A stretch of DNA of 64,000 nt from Glaciecola sp. GTDB lineage: Bacteria; Pseudomonadota; Gammaproteobacteria; Enterobacterales; Alteromonadaceae. Below are positions 21,261 through 32,281 of the stretch, piece after piece (the stretch's first letter is position 1; each line of letters starts with the position of its first letter). Both the position numbers and the translations under genes were made by a program. Under the pieces are notes generated by a model, which searched no databases, was not told the origin of the DNA, and saw nothing but the letters and a program-made list of their open reading frames with translations. The stretch covers positions 13,552 to 77,551 of the forward strand of contig JALRKK010000047.1 of the NCBI GenBank assembly GCA_023268935.1. Reading direction: 5' to 3'.

Positions 21261-22676
21261 TTACTTGAGTTTAGTAATGTCAATCGCTTCCCAGTGTGGG
21301 AAGTGCTTGCGTACTAAGGCATTCATTTCAATTTCAAACTCACTGAACGCGTGTTGATTGGATGCTTCAGACTGATTCTGTGAAATAATCATTCCTGCAC
21401 CCACAGTGGCATTGGTCAAACGATCAATGACGATAAACGCGCCAGTTTTACGGTTGCGAGTGTAAGCATCACAGGCGACTGCTTGAGTGAGTTTCAAGTC
21501 CACTTTAGCAATCTCGTTGAGTTGCAAATGCACGCCCTGAGTTTGCTCCAATGTATTCACATCAATTAAGTAATCTATGTTGCTGATGGCACCAGCGACT
21601 TTTTGCGTAGCAAATTTGATGTTGTATTGTTTGTTTGGGATCATGGCTGCCTCGTCCATCCAGACCAGGTGTGCCGCAAAACTGCTGTTTAAGAATGGCT
21701 GATTATCCGTTTTCACAATCATATCGCCACGCGAAATATCAATTTCATCGTTGAGCGTGAGCGTCACCGCTGCACCGGCTTTTGCACTTTCAAGCTCAGC
21801 CTCAAAGGTATCGATGGATTTGACGGTAGAGGTTTTACCAGATGGCAGTGCCGTGACCGCATCACCCACCGCAATATCGCCAGACACAATCGTACCTGCA
21901 AAACCGCGATAGTTCAGATGCGGACGGTTAACGTATTGAACTGGGAAACGAAAGTCATCGTGATTGATGGTTTTGTCGACTTCGATGGTGTTGAGCATGT
22001 CCATCATCGTCTGTCCCGTATACCAAGGCGTATTTGGTGATAAGTTGACGACATTATCACCTTCAAGCGCTGACATGGGAATAAACTGAATGTTCTTAAT
22101 CGCAAGGTTTTCGGCAAACGCCAAGTAATCTTCTTTGATTTGAGCGTATGTATTTTCTGAATAATCCATCAAGTCCATTTTGTTGACGGCGACAATGACG
22201 TTTTTAATGCCCAATAATGAGACTAAAAACGAGTGACGTTTGGTTTGGGTTTTCACTCCAGCACGTGCATCGACCAAGATAATTGCCAGATCACAAGTAG
22301 ACGCGCCTGTCACCATGTTACGCGTGTATTGCTCGTGTCCAGGGGTATCGGCGATGATGAATTTGCGTTTATCGGTCGAGAAATAACGATATGCCACATC
22401 AATCGTGATGCCTTGCTCACGTTCTGACTGAAGACCATCCACAAGGAGCGCTAGGTCGACTTTTTCGCCAGTGGTACCCACTTTTTTACTGTCTTTGGTG
22501 ATGGCAGCAAGCTGATCTTCATAAATCATCTTGGAGTCATGCAACAAGCGACCAATCAGTGTGGATTTGCCATCATCGACGCTACCACAGGTAAGAAAGC
22601 GCAACATATCTTTGCTTTCGTGTTGCGCCAAATAGGCGTGAATATCAGTTTCTAATAAGGTATTACGATGTTCCAT
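21261..22676 (-). CDS. cysN: Sulfate adenylyltransferase subunit 1
   Basis: [21 protein letters not shown]. Confidence 0.97.
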   Translation of the reverse strand: MEHRNTLLETDIHAYLAQHESKDMLRFLTCGSVDDGKSTLIGRLLHDSKMIYEDQLAAITKDSKKVGTTGEKVDLALLVDGLQSEREQGITIDVAYRYFSTDKRKFIIADTPGHEQYTRNMVTGASTCDLAIILVDARAGVKTQTKRHSFLVSLLGIKNVIVAVNKMDLMDYSENTYAQIKEDYLAFAENLAIKNIQFIPMSALEGDNVVNLSPNTPWYTGQTMMDMLNTIEVDKTINHDDFRFPVQYVNRPHLNYRGFAGTIVSGDIAVGDAVTALPSGKTSTVKSIDTFEAELESAKAGAAVTLTLNDEIDISRGDMIVKTDNQPFLNSSFAAHLVWMDEAAMIPNKQYNIKFATQKVAGAISNIDYLIDVNTLEQTQGVHLQLNEIAKVDLKLTQAVACDAYTRNRKTGAFIVIDRLTNATVGAGMIISQNQSEASNQHAFSEFEIEMNALVRKHFPHWEAIDITKLK

Positions 22677-22677
22677 G

Positions 22678-23481
22678 TTAGCAACTCACTAAAAAATACG
22701 GGTTTAATAAAGATTCTTTTTGGTTATATACCAAATCAGATAACGATTCAGGGGCGGTGACTGCGACAGGAATATCCTCAACGCTAAAGGCTTTAACCAT
22801 GGCGCCGGCAGCTAATGCAACAGCGTGGGCGGCGGCGGTATCCCATTCTGAGGTTGGCCCTAAGCGCGGATAAAAATGCGCTTGTCCGGTGGCGACCAAA
22901 CACAGCTTCAACGAGCTGCCCATTGCCACCAATTCAGCCGGTTTATCGAGCGCGTCTAAAAATGCTGTGGTTTCTGGTGAGGCATGCGAACGGGATCCGA
23001 CGACATTATATTGCGTCGCAGACGCTTTGTCGGCAATGCTAATGGCACGTTGGGTCCCTTGCTCGATGGTATAGGCTGAGTCGTTCACCCCGATATAAAA
23101 TATGTCTAAGACAGGTGCATAAACCACACCTAAAGTGGGCTTGCCATTTTCAACCAGGGCAATGTTCACCGTGAACTCACCATTTTTCTTGATGAACTCT
23201 TTGGTGCCATCTAGCGGATCGACTAGCCAATATGAAGTCCAGCGCTGGCGCTCTGACCAATCAATAGAAGCAGATTCTTCCGATAAAATCGGTAAATCAC
23301 TTATGCCTTCAAGGCCTTGGCAAATGACCTTGTGTGCAGCCAAGTCCGCTTCTGTCAAAGGTGAGCTGTCTGATTTGTCATACACGGCAAAATCTCGCTC
23401 ATAAATCGCTAAAATCGCATCGCCGGCTTTTTTAGCTATGACGCTGACTTTTTCGGCTAGGTCTTGGGTTGCATAGCTCAT
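22678..23481 (-). CDS. cysQ: 3'(2'),5'-bisphosphate nucleotidase
   Basis: [24 protein letters not shown]; alternative start at 23490. Confidence 0.95.
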   Translation of the reverse strand: MSYATQDLAEKVSVIAKKAGDAILAIYERDFAVYDKSDSSPLTEADLAAHKVICQGLEGISDLPILSEESASIDWSERQRWTSYWLVDPLDGTKEFIKKNGEFTVNIALVENGKPTLGVVYAPVLDIFYIGVNDSAYTIEQGTQRAISIADKASATQYNVVGSRSHASPETTAFLDALDKPAELVAMGSSLKLCLVATGQAHFYPRLGPTSEWDTAAAHAVALAAGAMVKAFSVEDIPVAVTAPESLSDLVYNQKESLLNPYFLVSC

Positions 23482-23482
23482 A

Positions 23483-24076
23483 TTAGACATACCCCTTAGT
23501 CACTAGCATGTCAAATAAACGCTCTACCGTTTCTTGTGCGGATTCGTCTTGATAAGTCAGATGGATCTCTGGATTGGTCGGCGCTTCATACGCAGAATCA
23601 ATCCCTGTAAAATGCGGAATATCCCCACTGCGGGCTTTTTTGTACAGGCCTTTGGGGTCTCGTGCTTCACAAATCTCGAGCGGGGTATCGACGAAAATTT
23701 CGATGAACTCACCGTCTTCCAAAATCTCACGGCAGTAGTTGCGATCGGCTGCAAAAGGCGAGATAAAAGCGGTTAATACTAGTGTGCCCGAATCGACAAA
23801 TAACTTAGCAACTTCGCTGATACGCCGAATGTTTTCGACGCGATCTTTGTCAGAAAAGCCCAAATCCCCACATAAACCATGACGTACATTGTCACCATCG
23901 AGCAAATAAGTATGCTTGTTGGCAGACACAAGTTTTTGTTCTAACAAGTTGGCAATGGTGGATTTACCCGAACCACTTAAACCCGTTAACCACAATACGC
24001 GTGGGGTCTGGCCTTTTTGCGCCGCACGGGAAGCTTTATTCGCCTCATGCTGATGCCATACGATGTTCTCGCTCAT
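23483..24076 (-). CDS. cysC: Adenylyl-sulfate kinase
   Basis: [25 protein letters not shown]. Confidence 0.97.
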   Translation of the reverse strand: MSENIVWHQHEANKASRAAQKGQTPRVLWLTGLSGSGKSTIANLLEQKLVSANKHTYLLDGDNVRHGLCGDLGFSDKDRVENIRRISEVAKLFVDSGTLVLTAFISPFAADRNYCREILEDGEFIEIFVDTPLEICEARDPKGLYKKARSGDIPHFTGIDSAYEAPTNPEIHLTYQDESAQETVERLFDMLVTKGYV

Positions 24077-24996
24077 TAAAAGTATCCTTCCATTTTTTTC
24101 TTCTCCATTGAACCACTTGAGTCGTGGTCAATCACACGTCCTTGGCGTTCTGAGGTTTTGGTTAGAAGCATCTCTTGAATGACCTCTGGCAACGTTTGTG
24201 CTTCTGATTCCACAGCGCCGGTTAATGGATAACAACCTAGGGTTCTAAAACGCACTGACTTCAACATGGGCTTCTCGCCAGGTTCTAATGGCATACGGTC
24301 ATCATCGACCATGATCAAGACACCATCACGCTCTACCACCGGTCGAGGTTTGGCGAGATACAACTCTGGGATTTCGATGCCTTCGAGGAAGATGTATTGC
24401 CAAATATCCAGTTCCGTCCAGTTCGACATTGGGAAAACGCGAATGCTTTCGCCTTTGTTGACTTGGGCATTGTAAATGTTCCAAAGCTCAGGACGTTGGT
24501 TTTTGGGATCCCAGCGATGGTTGTTATCCCGAAATGAAAACACGCGTTCTTTGGCACGAGACTTTTCTTCATCGCGACGTGCACCGCCGAAGGCAGCATC
24601 AAACTGATACTTGTCTAGCGCTTGTTTGAGAGCAACCGTTTTCATGATGTCGGTGTGTTTGGCACTGCCAACAGAAAATGGATTCACGCCCGCGTCCAGC
24701 CCTTCTTGGTTGGTGTGAACGAGCAAATCCAAATCGTGTTCACGCGCCATTCGATCACGAAATTCAATCATTTCACGAAATTTCCAAGTCGTATCAACAT
24801 GCAAGAGTGGGAAGGGGATCTTACCTGGCGCAAACGCTTTGCGTGCTAGGTGTAATAAAACAGAGGAATCCTTACCCACCGAATACAGCATCACAGGATT
24901 ATCAAATTCTGCGGCGACTTCTCGGAAAATATGGATGCTTTCAGCTTCGAGCTGTTTAAGGTGTGTCACGACATCAGACATGTGGGTGATTTCCAT
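24076..24996 (-). CDS. cysD: Sulfate adenylyltransferase subunit 2
   Basis: [30 protein letters not shown]. Confidence 0.97.
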   Translation of the reverse strand: MEITHMSDVVTHLKQLEAESIHIFREVAAEFDNPVMLYSVGKDSSVLLHLARKAFAPGKIPFPLLHVDTTWKFREMIEFRDRMAREHDLDLLVHTNQEGLDAGVNPFSVGSAKHTDIMKTVALKQALDKYQFDAAFGGARRDEEKSRAKERVFSFRDNNHRWDPKNQRPELWNIYNAQVNKGESIRVFPMSNWTELDIWQYIFLEGIEIPELYLAKPRPVVERDGVLIMVDDDRMPLEPGEKPMLKSVRFRTLGCYPLTGAVESEAQTLPEVIQEMLLTKTSERQGRVIDHDSSGSMEKKKMEGYF

Positions 24997-25152
24997 TCAA
25001 TATACTAAAAAATTCTATGCTTATAAAAATAACACTCATCACATCATTTGATAAATGTCATTTGGCTATTAGTAAGTTAAATGTGGTATATGATATGGAA
25101 CTAAGTTAATAGCTTTTTGTTATAGATTCCCGAATATTTATATCCATATTGT

Positions 25153-26661
25153 TTACTCCGCCAATTTTGCTTTCATTTGTGTGAAATGTGTCGATAACTT
25201 ATCGGTTCCTTGAGGGCGTAATTTACTGACAATGACTAACGTAATAAGATTGGCGATGAAACCAGGCACAATACCATACAACCAATTTCCTGAAGGAATC
25301 CCATCAAGAGTAATCGGACCATAGATCCAAAGTAATGTAACAAAAGTGCCGATGAGCATCCCGGCAATGGCGCCATCACGAGAGAGTTTAGACCAATATA
25401 AACTCAGTAAAATCAATGGCCCAAAGGCGGCACCAAATCCTGCCCATGCATTACTGACTAAGTTCAAAATCGACTGATTCTCGCCAAAGGAAATGGCCAC
25501 CGCGCATAAGGCGACAGCAAGCACGGCAAGGCGTGAAGCGATAACAAGTTCTTTGTCTGAAGCATTTTTGCGCAATAGTGCTTCGTAGATATCAGAGATA
25601 AGTGAACTTGAGGTCACTAGTAATTGTGAGGAAATCGTACTCATGATGGCCGCCAAAATTGCGGCTAATAAAAATCCAGCAATTAACGGATGGAATAATA
25701 CTTGTGATAGGACGATGAAGACGGTTTCCGGATCGTCTAAGGTCAAGGATGTTCCTGCCACATAAGCCATACCAAATAGCCCAGTACTCAATGCGCCGAA
25801 CAAGGCAATAATCATCCATGACATACCGACTTTACGTGCCACTGGCATATCACTGACATGGCGTATTGCCATAAAACGAACGATGATATGCGGTTGTCCA
25901 AAGTAGCCTAATCCCCAAGACATCAAAGATACGATGGCAATAACCGACAGTGCTTCACTACTGCCTACCGCTGTAAATAACGAAAAATAGTGTCTATCAA
26001 TGGCGTTAATTGCTGAGATGGTATCGCCAATACCACCGAGTTCAAAGATCACCACAGTTGGCACTAATACCAAAGCAATGAGCATCAAGCAGCCTTGCAC
26101 AAAGTCGGTGAGCGAGACCGCCATAAAACCACCAAATAGGGTATAAGTCACCACCACACCAGCGGTAATGAGCACCCCGTATTCGTAGGCTAAGCCAAAG
26201 GAAGAATCAAATAACTTACCACCGGCGACAATTCCAGATGATGTGTACAAAGTAAAAAACACAATAATGACGATCGCCGATACGATGCGCAGGATGTGTG
26301 ATGAATCCGCGAAGCGTTCAGCAAAATAATCTGGAATGGTAATGGCATTATTGGCCACTTGCGTGTAAACACGCAAACGCGGTGCGACATACAAATAATT
26401 ACACCATGCGCCCAGCACTAAACCAATTGCTATCCAGCTACTTGATAGCCCTGAGATATACATGGCGCCAGGCAGTCCAAGTAACATCCAACCACTCATG
26501 TCCGAAGCCCCTGCGGAGAGTGCTACTACTGCTGGAGACAGTTTGCGTCCACCTAACAAATAACCTTCCATGTCTGAACTGGCATTGCGATAGGCAAACA
26601 GACCTATGCCGAGCATGGCAACAAAATAGATGGCGAGTGATAGAAGCGCGTCAAATTGCAT
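25153..26661 (-). CDS. putP: Sodium/proline symporter
   Basis: ALSAGASDMSGW, WGLGYFGQPHI, AWAGFGAAFGP. Confidence 0.93.
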   Translation of the reverse strand: MQFDALLSLAIYFVAMLGIGLFAYRNASSDMEGYLLGGRKLSPAVVALSAGASDMSGWMLLGLPGAMYISGLSSSWIAIGLVLGAWCNYLYVAPRLRVYTQVANNAITIPDYFAERFADSSHILRIVSAIVIIVFFTLYTSSGIVAGGKLFDSSFGLAYEYGVLITAGVVVTYTLFGGFMAVSLTDFVQGCLMLIALVLVPTVVIFELGGIGDTISAINAIDRHYFSLFTAVGSSEALSVIAIVSLMSWGLGYFGQPHIIVRFMAIRHVSDMPVARKVGMSWMIIALFGALSTGLFGMAYVAGTSLTLDDPETVFIVLSQVLFHPLIAGFLLAAILAAIMSTISSQLLVTSSSLISDIYEALLRKNASDKELVIASRLAVLAVALCAVAISFGENQSILNLVSNAWAGFGAAFGPLILLSLYWSKLSRDGAIAGMLIGTFVTLLWIYGPITLDGIPSGNWLYGIVPGFIANLITLVIVSKLRPQGTDKLSTHFTQMKAKLAE

Positions 26662-26751
26662 GGGATTCTCGAGTTATTATTGTTATTAATAACCCGAGTA
26701 TAGCGAAGTTGGGCAGGGTGGTGCAACGCTCCAGGCATCCACCCAAGATAT

Positions 26752-28581
26752 TTACTGCGCCGCGATCCAGTTATCTATTTTTTGCGCCAATATATTGAGC
26801 GGCACGGGCCCGTCCTTAAGTACTTCATCATGGAAGCCTCTGAGATCAAATTGGTCCCCTAATTCAGTTTCTGCTTTGGCGCGTAACGTTTGGATCTCCA
26901 GTTTGCCTATCATGTAAGCGGTAGCTTGGCCGGGTAACGCAATATAACGCTCAATCGCCTTTACCGCATCGTATTCTGAGTTTGGCGTATTCTCAACGAG
27001 ATACGCGATGGCTTCTTCGCGTGACCAGCGTTTGGCATGAAGGCCTGTGTCGACGACTAAGCGACAGGCTCGCCACAACTCCATTGCCAAACGGCCAAAG
27101 TCAGAATAAGGGTCTTGATAAAAGCCCATTTCTTTGGGTAATTCTTCTGTATACAATCCCCATCCTTCGGTGTAGGCGGTGAACGATGCGTATTTTTGAA
27201 ACTCTGGTATGCCTGTTAACTCTTGTGTGATGGCTCGTTGCATGTGATGCCCTGGAATACCCTCGTGATAAGCCAACGCCTCCATTTGATAGGAAGGCAT
27301 GACACTCATGTCGAATAAGTTAGCGTAATATATACCCGGTCGTGAGCCGTCTTGCGATGGCGATTGATAAAACGCTTTACCTGCCGATTGCTCACGGAAT
27401 GGTTCGACGCGCTTAATGATCATATCGGCTTGTGGGATGAGCCCAAAATACTCGGGAATTTTTTGCTCCATGGCATCAATGTAAGCCTTGGCATCACGCA
27501 TATAAGCATCACGACCGGCATCGCTATCTTCGTAATAAAATTGCGGGTCGGTGCGCATAAATGCGAAGAATTCTGACAAACTGCCAGCAAAACCCACTTG
27601 TGCCATGATTTGACGCATATCGTTATGAATGCGCTCGACATGGTATAAACCGAGTTGATGGACTTCTTCAGCGGTTAAATCAGTCGTGGTATACCAAGCT
27701 AAGCGATTTTGATACCACTTATCTCCATCGGGTAGGCGCCACACGCCATCGCCTTTAGGACTCAATAAACGTTGCTTAGTTAATTCGCTCATGAGTTTTT
27801 CGTAAGCCGGCTGAACCTTGTTGATTAAGGCACTTCGGGCTTGGTCAAGTAAACGATTGCGCTCAGCTTCTGACAGATCTAGGGTTGCTACATTTTTCTG
27901 AAAGTCTGTCCATATAGTCGAATCTTGCTCGCCTTCCACGAAGGGAGCGCCGCTGATCACGTTACGCGCGGCTTGCAACATTTGGTCGTATGACCATTTT
28001 GGAGGAAATACCCCCGCTTCCTCACGCAAACGCAGTTGTGTAATTAACTGGTCGAAAAAGGACTCTACGCCGTTGAGTCGAGTGATGTAAGCATCGGCAT
28101 CACTGATCTCACTGATACGGTGAATATTGATCAAGAAACTTGGCACAAAGGTGTGTGCGCCCCAAAATTGGTTAATGATGTACGTATGGTAACGAAATAC
28201 ATCATTAGCGAGTTGACGCTCGATATCCATGATGTAGATATCTAAACTAAGTTGTTCTTGCTGCGATAAACCATTGCGGTCAAACTGCCGTGCCTTGGCC
28301 AGCCGAGTTTGCAAACGCGCAATGTCTTCGTCTATCGCTGCATCGCTGATATCGTCCCATTGGTCGTAGTTGTCTTTGATCCCTTGATAAGACTGACGAA
28401 TTGGGGAGCTGGCCAAATCTTCTTGGTAGCTTTGGGCAAAAAAATCACTCAGCGCAATGCTTTGTGCAGAGGCTTGTGGTTGTGCCGTTGAGGCTGTTGG
28501 TGACCTTGGGGCCTCGCTACACCCAGCTGTGCCTAAAATGATTGCTAAACTGATCGCACTTAGAGTCGTTTTTGTTGGCAT
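26752..28581 (-). CDS. DUF885 family lipoprotein (putative metallopeptidase)
   Basis: Lipobox TAGC; HEGIPGHH, EGWGLYTE, RLVVDTGLH, PGQATAY. Confidence 0.9.
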   Translation of the reverse strand: MPTKTTLSAISLAIILGTAGCSEAPRSPTASTAQPQASAQSIALSDFFAQSYQEDLASSPIRQSYQGIKDNYDQWDDISDAAIDEDIARLQTRLAKARQFDRNGLSQQEQLSLDIYIMDIERQLANDVFRYHTYIINQFWGAHTFVPSFLINIHRISEISDADAYITRLNGVESFFDQLITQLRLREEAGVFPPKWSYDQMLQAARNVISGAPFVEGEQDSTIWTDFQKNVATLDLSEAERNRLLDQARSALINKVQPAYEKLMSELTKQRLLSPKGDGVWRLPDGDKWYQNRLAWYTTTDLTAEEVHQLGLYHVERIHNDMRQIMAQVGFAGSLSEFFAFMRTDPQFYYEDSDAGRDAYMRDAKAYIDAMEQKIPEYFGLIPQADMIIKRVEPFREQSAGKAFYQSPSQDGSRPGIYYANLFDMSVMPSYQMEALAYHEGIPGHHMQRAITQELTGIPEFQKYASFTAYTEGWGLYTEELPKEMGFYQDPYSDFGRLAMELWRACRLVVDTGLHAKRWSREEAIAYLVENTPNSEYDAVKAIERYIALPGQATAYMIGKLEIQTLRAKAETELGDQFDLRGFHDEVLKDGPVPLNILAQKIDNWIAAQ

Positions 28582-28627
28582 CAGTGTTCTCCTGTTATTT
28601 TTTTAAATTATATCATGTATGTATTGG

Positions 28628-30319
28628 CTAAGTGTTTGGATAAAGAGCTGGCAAGCCATTGCTAGATGTTTGTTGAACGAGTTGCTTACGGTGAGTCGTC
28701 GCCCAAACGGTTATCGTTTGATAATCTGCTGTGCTTAGCGAGCCATGTTGGTAGCGCTGTGCATAAAACATATTTAACCATTGGCTAAACTCATTGTCTT
28801 TGACTAAGGGAATGTATTGAACCAGCTTGGCTTGCTTCGGATACCAGCACATTAGCCAGTCTTGTAAAGCATGTTCCACCGTATCGGCTTGCTCTGCTTT
28901 TATCGCGTTGAGTAAATATTTGAATTGAGTGGTTTCTTCCAACGGACGTTCTTCCGGTTTCTTTGTTTTTACTTGAGCGATACTTCGGGCGGGGCGCGTT
29001 AGTAATGCCCAAAGCAGAAGAATCAACAAAAGACCACTTAATACTTGCCAATACAACACGCGTTGATACCAAACAGTGTCTAATGAGCCTTGAACTGTTG
29101 CTACAGGAGGTAATACAACATTTTGCGGTAATATTGGTTGGGCATTGGTTTGCGCTGTTGCTGGATTTGGCTTCACCTGAATACTGCGTGCGGGAATACT
29201 GGCAAACTCGGTTGTGCCTGTCAGTGTATTAAACCAAGGGACTTTGATGTCTGGTAGGACAAATGACCCTTCACGGCTCGGCACCAGTGCATAAGTTTCA
29301 ACGCGTTGTGAAATGACGTTGTTATCTTTAGCAATTGAATTGACCTGTACTTGATCAGAATACGCTTTGACGTCTGGCGGTAAACGCGGTTCTAAATCTG
29401 GCAAAAGCGATTGGTCTACTCCAAGAGCGGATAATGTAATGGTGCGCGTGATGGGCTCACCTACGACAAAGTTATCCGTCGCATCAGACCATTCTTCATT
29501 GATCTGCACAAATTCACTTGGCAGCCATGGGTGTGGATAATTAGCTGGGATCGGTTGCACATCGAGTGATATCTCCGGTCCTAGCTGATTTACTGGTTTA
29601 CTGGGGTTAAACAATCCGCCAAAGCTGCCGCGATTACGCGTGCGCACAGCACCTTCAAAAATTGGCGCGGGGATGGTCAGCGGGCCAGAAACTTGTGGAA
29701 TAATGGAGTATTTGCGTTCGACCACACGGTAGCGTTTCCCGTTTTGAATAATATTCGCTTCAGTGTCCTCACCCATTTGTTCCATGATGACATTTTCAAG
29801 CGGTTGCACTTGTAATGAACCTCGCTCTAGTTCAACCGCTAAGAAGAGTTTTACCGTATAAGTAAATTGTTGCATAACATAGCCACTTTCGGGCAATAAC
29901 TCTGCGGTCATAAAAATATCCCGCATATCTTGATTAGTGCTCGTGTTGGCTGGCATGACCATGAGCTCAATCGGCTCAGAAAGGATATTGTTTACATTTA
30001 AAGCGGGTATAGTCAGTAAGCCCTCTCGGCGGGGAAACAGCAAGGTCGTCCAAGTCGTTGTAATCGTTCGAGACAGGTTGATGATCTGTGTGTGAGAAGA
30101 GACCGAAGTGCGTATGACTTTAAAGTCTTTTTCTAACACACTGGTGTCAAACGCGTCACGAGGCAGACTGGCATTGGCAACGACGGTCAAGGTAATGGAC
30201 TCATCCGCCATGACCGGGTTTTTATCAACCGTGGCGGTAAGCGTATCAAATGCCCAAACCGGTATGCTGGGAAACATAAATAGGCAGAGTAAGAATCGAA
30301 AATGCAGTCGGTAAAACAC
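28628..30319 (-). CDS. BatD family protein
   Basis: Signal peptide, LTATVDKNPV, beta-rich repeats, C-terminal TM helix; last gene of the MoxR/Bat operon. Confidence 0.85.
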   Translation of the reverse strand: MFYRLHFRFLLCLFMFPSIPVWAFDTLTATVDKNPVMADESITLTVVANASLPRDAFDTSVLEKDFKVIRTSVSSHTQIINLSRTITTTWTTLLFPRREGLLTIPALNVNNILSEPIELMVMPANTSTNQDMRDIFMTAELLPESGYVMQQFTYTVKLFLAVELERGSLQVQPLENVIMEQMGEDTEANIIQNGKRYRVVERKYSIIPQVSGPLTIPAPIFEGAVRTRNRGSFGGLFNPSKPVNQLGPEISLDVQPIPANYPHPWLPSEFVQINEEWSDATDNFVVGEPITRTITLSALGVDQSLLPDLEPRLPPDVKAYSDQVQVNSIAKDNNVISQRVETYALVPSREGSFVLPDIKVPWFNTLTGTTEFASIPARSIQVKPNPATAQTNAQPILPQNVVLPPVATVQGSLDTVWYQRVLYWQVLSGLLLILLLWALLTRPARSIAQVKTKKPEERPLEETTQFKYLLNAIKAEQADTVEHALQDWLMCWYPKQAKLVQYIPLVKDNEFSQWLNMFYAQRYQHGSLSTADYQTITVWATTHRKQLVQQTSSNGLPALYPNT

Positions 30320-30322
30320 AGA

Positions 30323-32281
30323 TTACCACTCCTTTTTATTTGTGTTGGGTAAGCGTTGGCGCTGTCTTTTTTGATGTTCAAGTTGCATTTTGCGCTTGAG
30401 TAAATACCCAGGATCATCGGGCACTTTATTGAGTAAACTTTGCATACGCTCTTGTTGTTCTCTCTGTTCGGGTGTTAATGGTTCCGAACTTTGCGTCATG
30501 GATTGTTCTTGTGTCTCATTTTGTTGGTCTGATTCGCTTTCTCGATTGTCTTGGGATGCGTCATCAGCATTATCTTCGTTTGCTTCTGGTTGTGTTTGCG
30601 ATTCGGTTTGTGCGTCATCTTGAGAAGACTCATTTCGCTGAGCGTCAGATTGGGTTTGCTGGTTTTCTTGTGACTCAGTTTGTTGGTCTGCCTGCGGCTC
30701 CGAGTTAGACTCTTGAGACTGTGAGTCTTGTTCTTGATTTTGTTGGTCTTGCGACTCTTCCGAGTTCTGGTCTTGACCATCTTGCGACTGTTGCTGTGGC
30801 GGCATATTGTCTAAAAATAATTCAAGCGCTTCTTTGGCGTCTTGCGCAACTTGTAATGAGGGATCTAACGCAAGGGCAGCATCATAAGCGACGAGTGCTT
30901 CCTCATATTGTTGTAGAGCAGCCAGTGCGTTACCTGTGTTATAGCGACCTACCGCTGATTCATCCTGGGCAAATAATGGCAAAGCCTGATCGTACAATCC
31001 CTGTTGGTATAAAGCATTAGCTTGCCACTGCAAGTCATCGAATAACTCCTGTGCACGGGCAAAATCTTCGTTTTTATAAGCTGCCAGTGCTTGTTGCGCA
31101 CGATTTTTTAAGCGTTTTGGTAAAACCGACAAAGGATCGTTTACTCGGATCTCTTGTGCCGCACTGGGCGGGGGCACGAGTGCATTGGCTATCGCATTGG
31201 GCGTTTGGCTTTGTGCGATTACGCTAGGGCTTTGTGGCAATAACCCCACCATGCATAAAACAAACAACCATTGTGGGCGCATACTCCAAAGTAACACTAC
31301 CAAAACAGGGAGTAATAAATATGGTCCAAGTTCATACCATTTGTCGTTTTGTGTTTCTAATATACTCGATACGTCATCTGGAATTGCTTCAAGGGTGCTG
31401 TTAATGGCATTGATATCATCCTCGTTGGGCAACAGTGGCGTAAATACACCGCGACCTACTCGTGCAAGTTTGGCTAATTCGTCATAGTCCACTTTAGGGA
31501 TCACAATGGCTCCTGAGTTATCTTTGAGCATCTGACCATTAAGCTGTTGTATGGGCGCTCCACTTTCAGTACCCACCGCGATGACCGAGACACTGAATTC
31601 AGAGTTACGCAGTAGTTTGGTTAACGATGGTATTTGTTCGTAATCTACGCCATCGGTCAGCCATACAATGTGTCCTTGTTGATAACCTGCCTGTTGCAAT
31701 AATTCAAATGCTTCTTCAAGTGCATACTGTGGTTCAGAGCCGAACACAGGCATGAGCTCGGGGCGCAATGATGGAATCAACGCATTGAGATTTTTCCCGT
31801 CTTGAGTGATAGGACTGATGACAAAGGCATCCCCGGCATACGCAACTAACCCAATATTGGCTTCTGGATTGGCATTGATATAGTCCATTGCTTTGTAGCG
31901 AGCTTGGCTCAAGCGATTGGGTTTTAAATCACCAGCGCGCATCGACAAGGACATATCCATAACGATAACTTGCCCAATTTGCGCTTGATAAGTTGGCTGG
32001 GGAATTTGTTCCACTGTCGGGCCAGCTAAGGCTAGCACGGTGAGCACTAAACAGGTAATGATTACACCATGTCGAGGTTTGCGCACTTGATTTTTTGTGG
32101 TGGCTTGAGATTGGGTCAAAAAGGCCAGTAGCACAGGATTGAATAATCGATTCACAGACATCGTTTCTACTTTGGTTCGACAAAAAATGGCATAAATACC
32201 AATCAGTAATGGCAATACCCACAACCACTGGGGACGCAAAAAATGAAATTGTTCAAGCCATAATTGCCAGGCAATGTTCAT
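30323..32281 (-). CDS. VWA + TPR protein (BatB/BatC-like) with Q/E/D/S-rich linker
   Basis: HFLRPQWL, MIDAS DMSLSM, TDG, TPR motif YNTGNALA; ATG 32281 overlaps the upstream stop. Confidence 0.88.
   Translation of the reverse strand: MNIAWQLWLEQFHFLRPQWLWVLPLLIGIYAIFCRTKVETMSVNRLFNPVLLAFLTQSQATTKNQVRKPRHGVIITCLVLTVLALAGPTVEQIPQPTYQAQIGQVIVMDMSLSMRAGDLKPNRLSQARYKAMDYINANPEANIGLVAYAGDAFVISPITQDGKNLNALIPSLRPELMPVFGSEPQYALEEAFELLQQAGYQQGHIVWLTDGVDYEQIPSLTKLLRNSEFSVSVIAVGTESGAPIQQLNGQMLKDNSGAIVIPKVDYDELAKLARVGRGVFTPLLPNEDDINAINSTLEAIPDDVSSILETQNDKWYELGPYLLLPVLVVLLWSMRPQWLFVLCMVGLLPQSPSVIAQSQTPNAIANALVPPPSAAQEIRVNDPLSVLPKRLKNRAQQALAAYKNEDFARAQELFDDLQWQANALYQQGLYDQALPLFAQDESAVGRYNTGNALAALQQYEEALVAYDAALALDPSLQVAQDAKEALELFLDNMPPQQQSQDGQDQNSEESQDQQNQEQDSQSQESNSEPQADQQTESQENQQTQSDAQRNESSQDDAQTESQTQPEANEDNADDASQDNRESESDQQNETQEQSMTQSSEPLTPEQREQQERMQSLLNKVPDDPGYLLKRKMQLEHQKRQRQRLPNTNKKEW

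Noticed and set aside
30430-30800. Low-complexity repetitive DNA
   Set aside because: Encodes the Q/E/D/S-rich linker normal for BatB/C-like proteins; not a true tandem array
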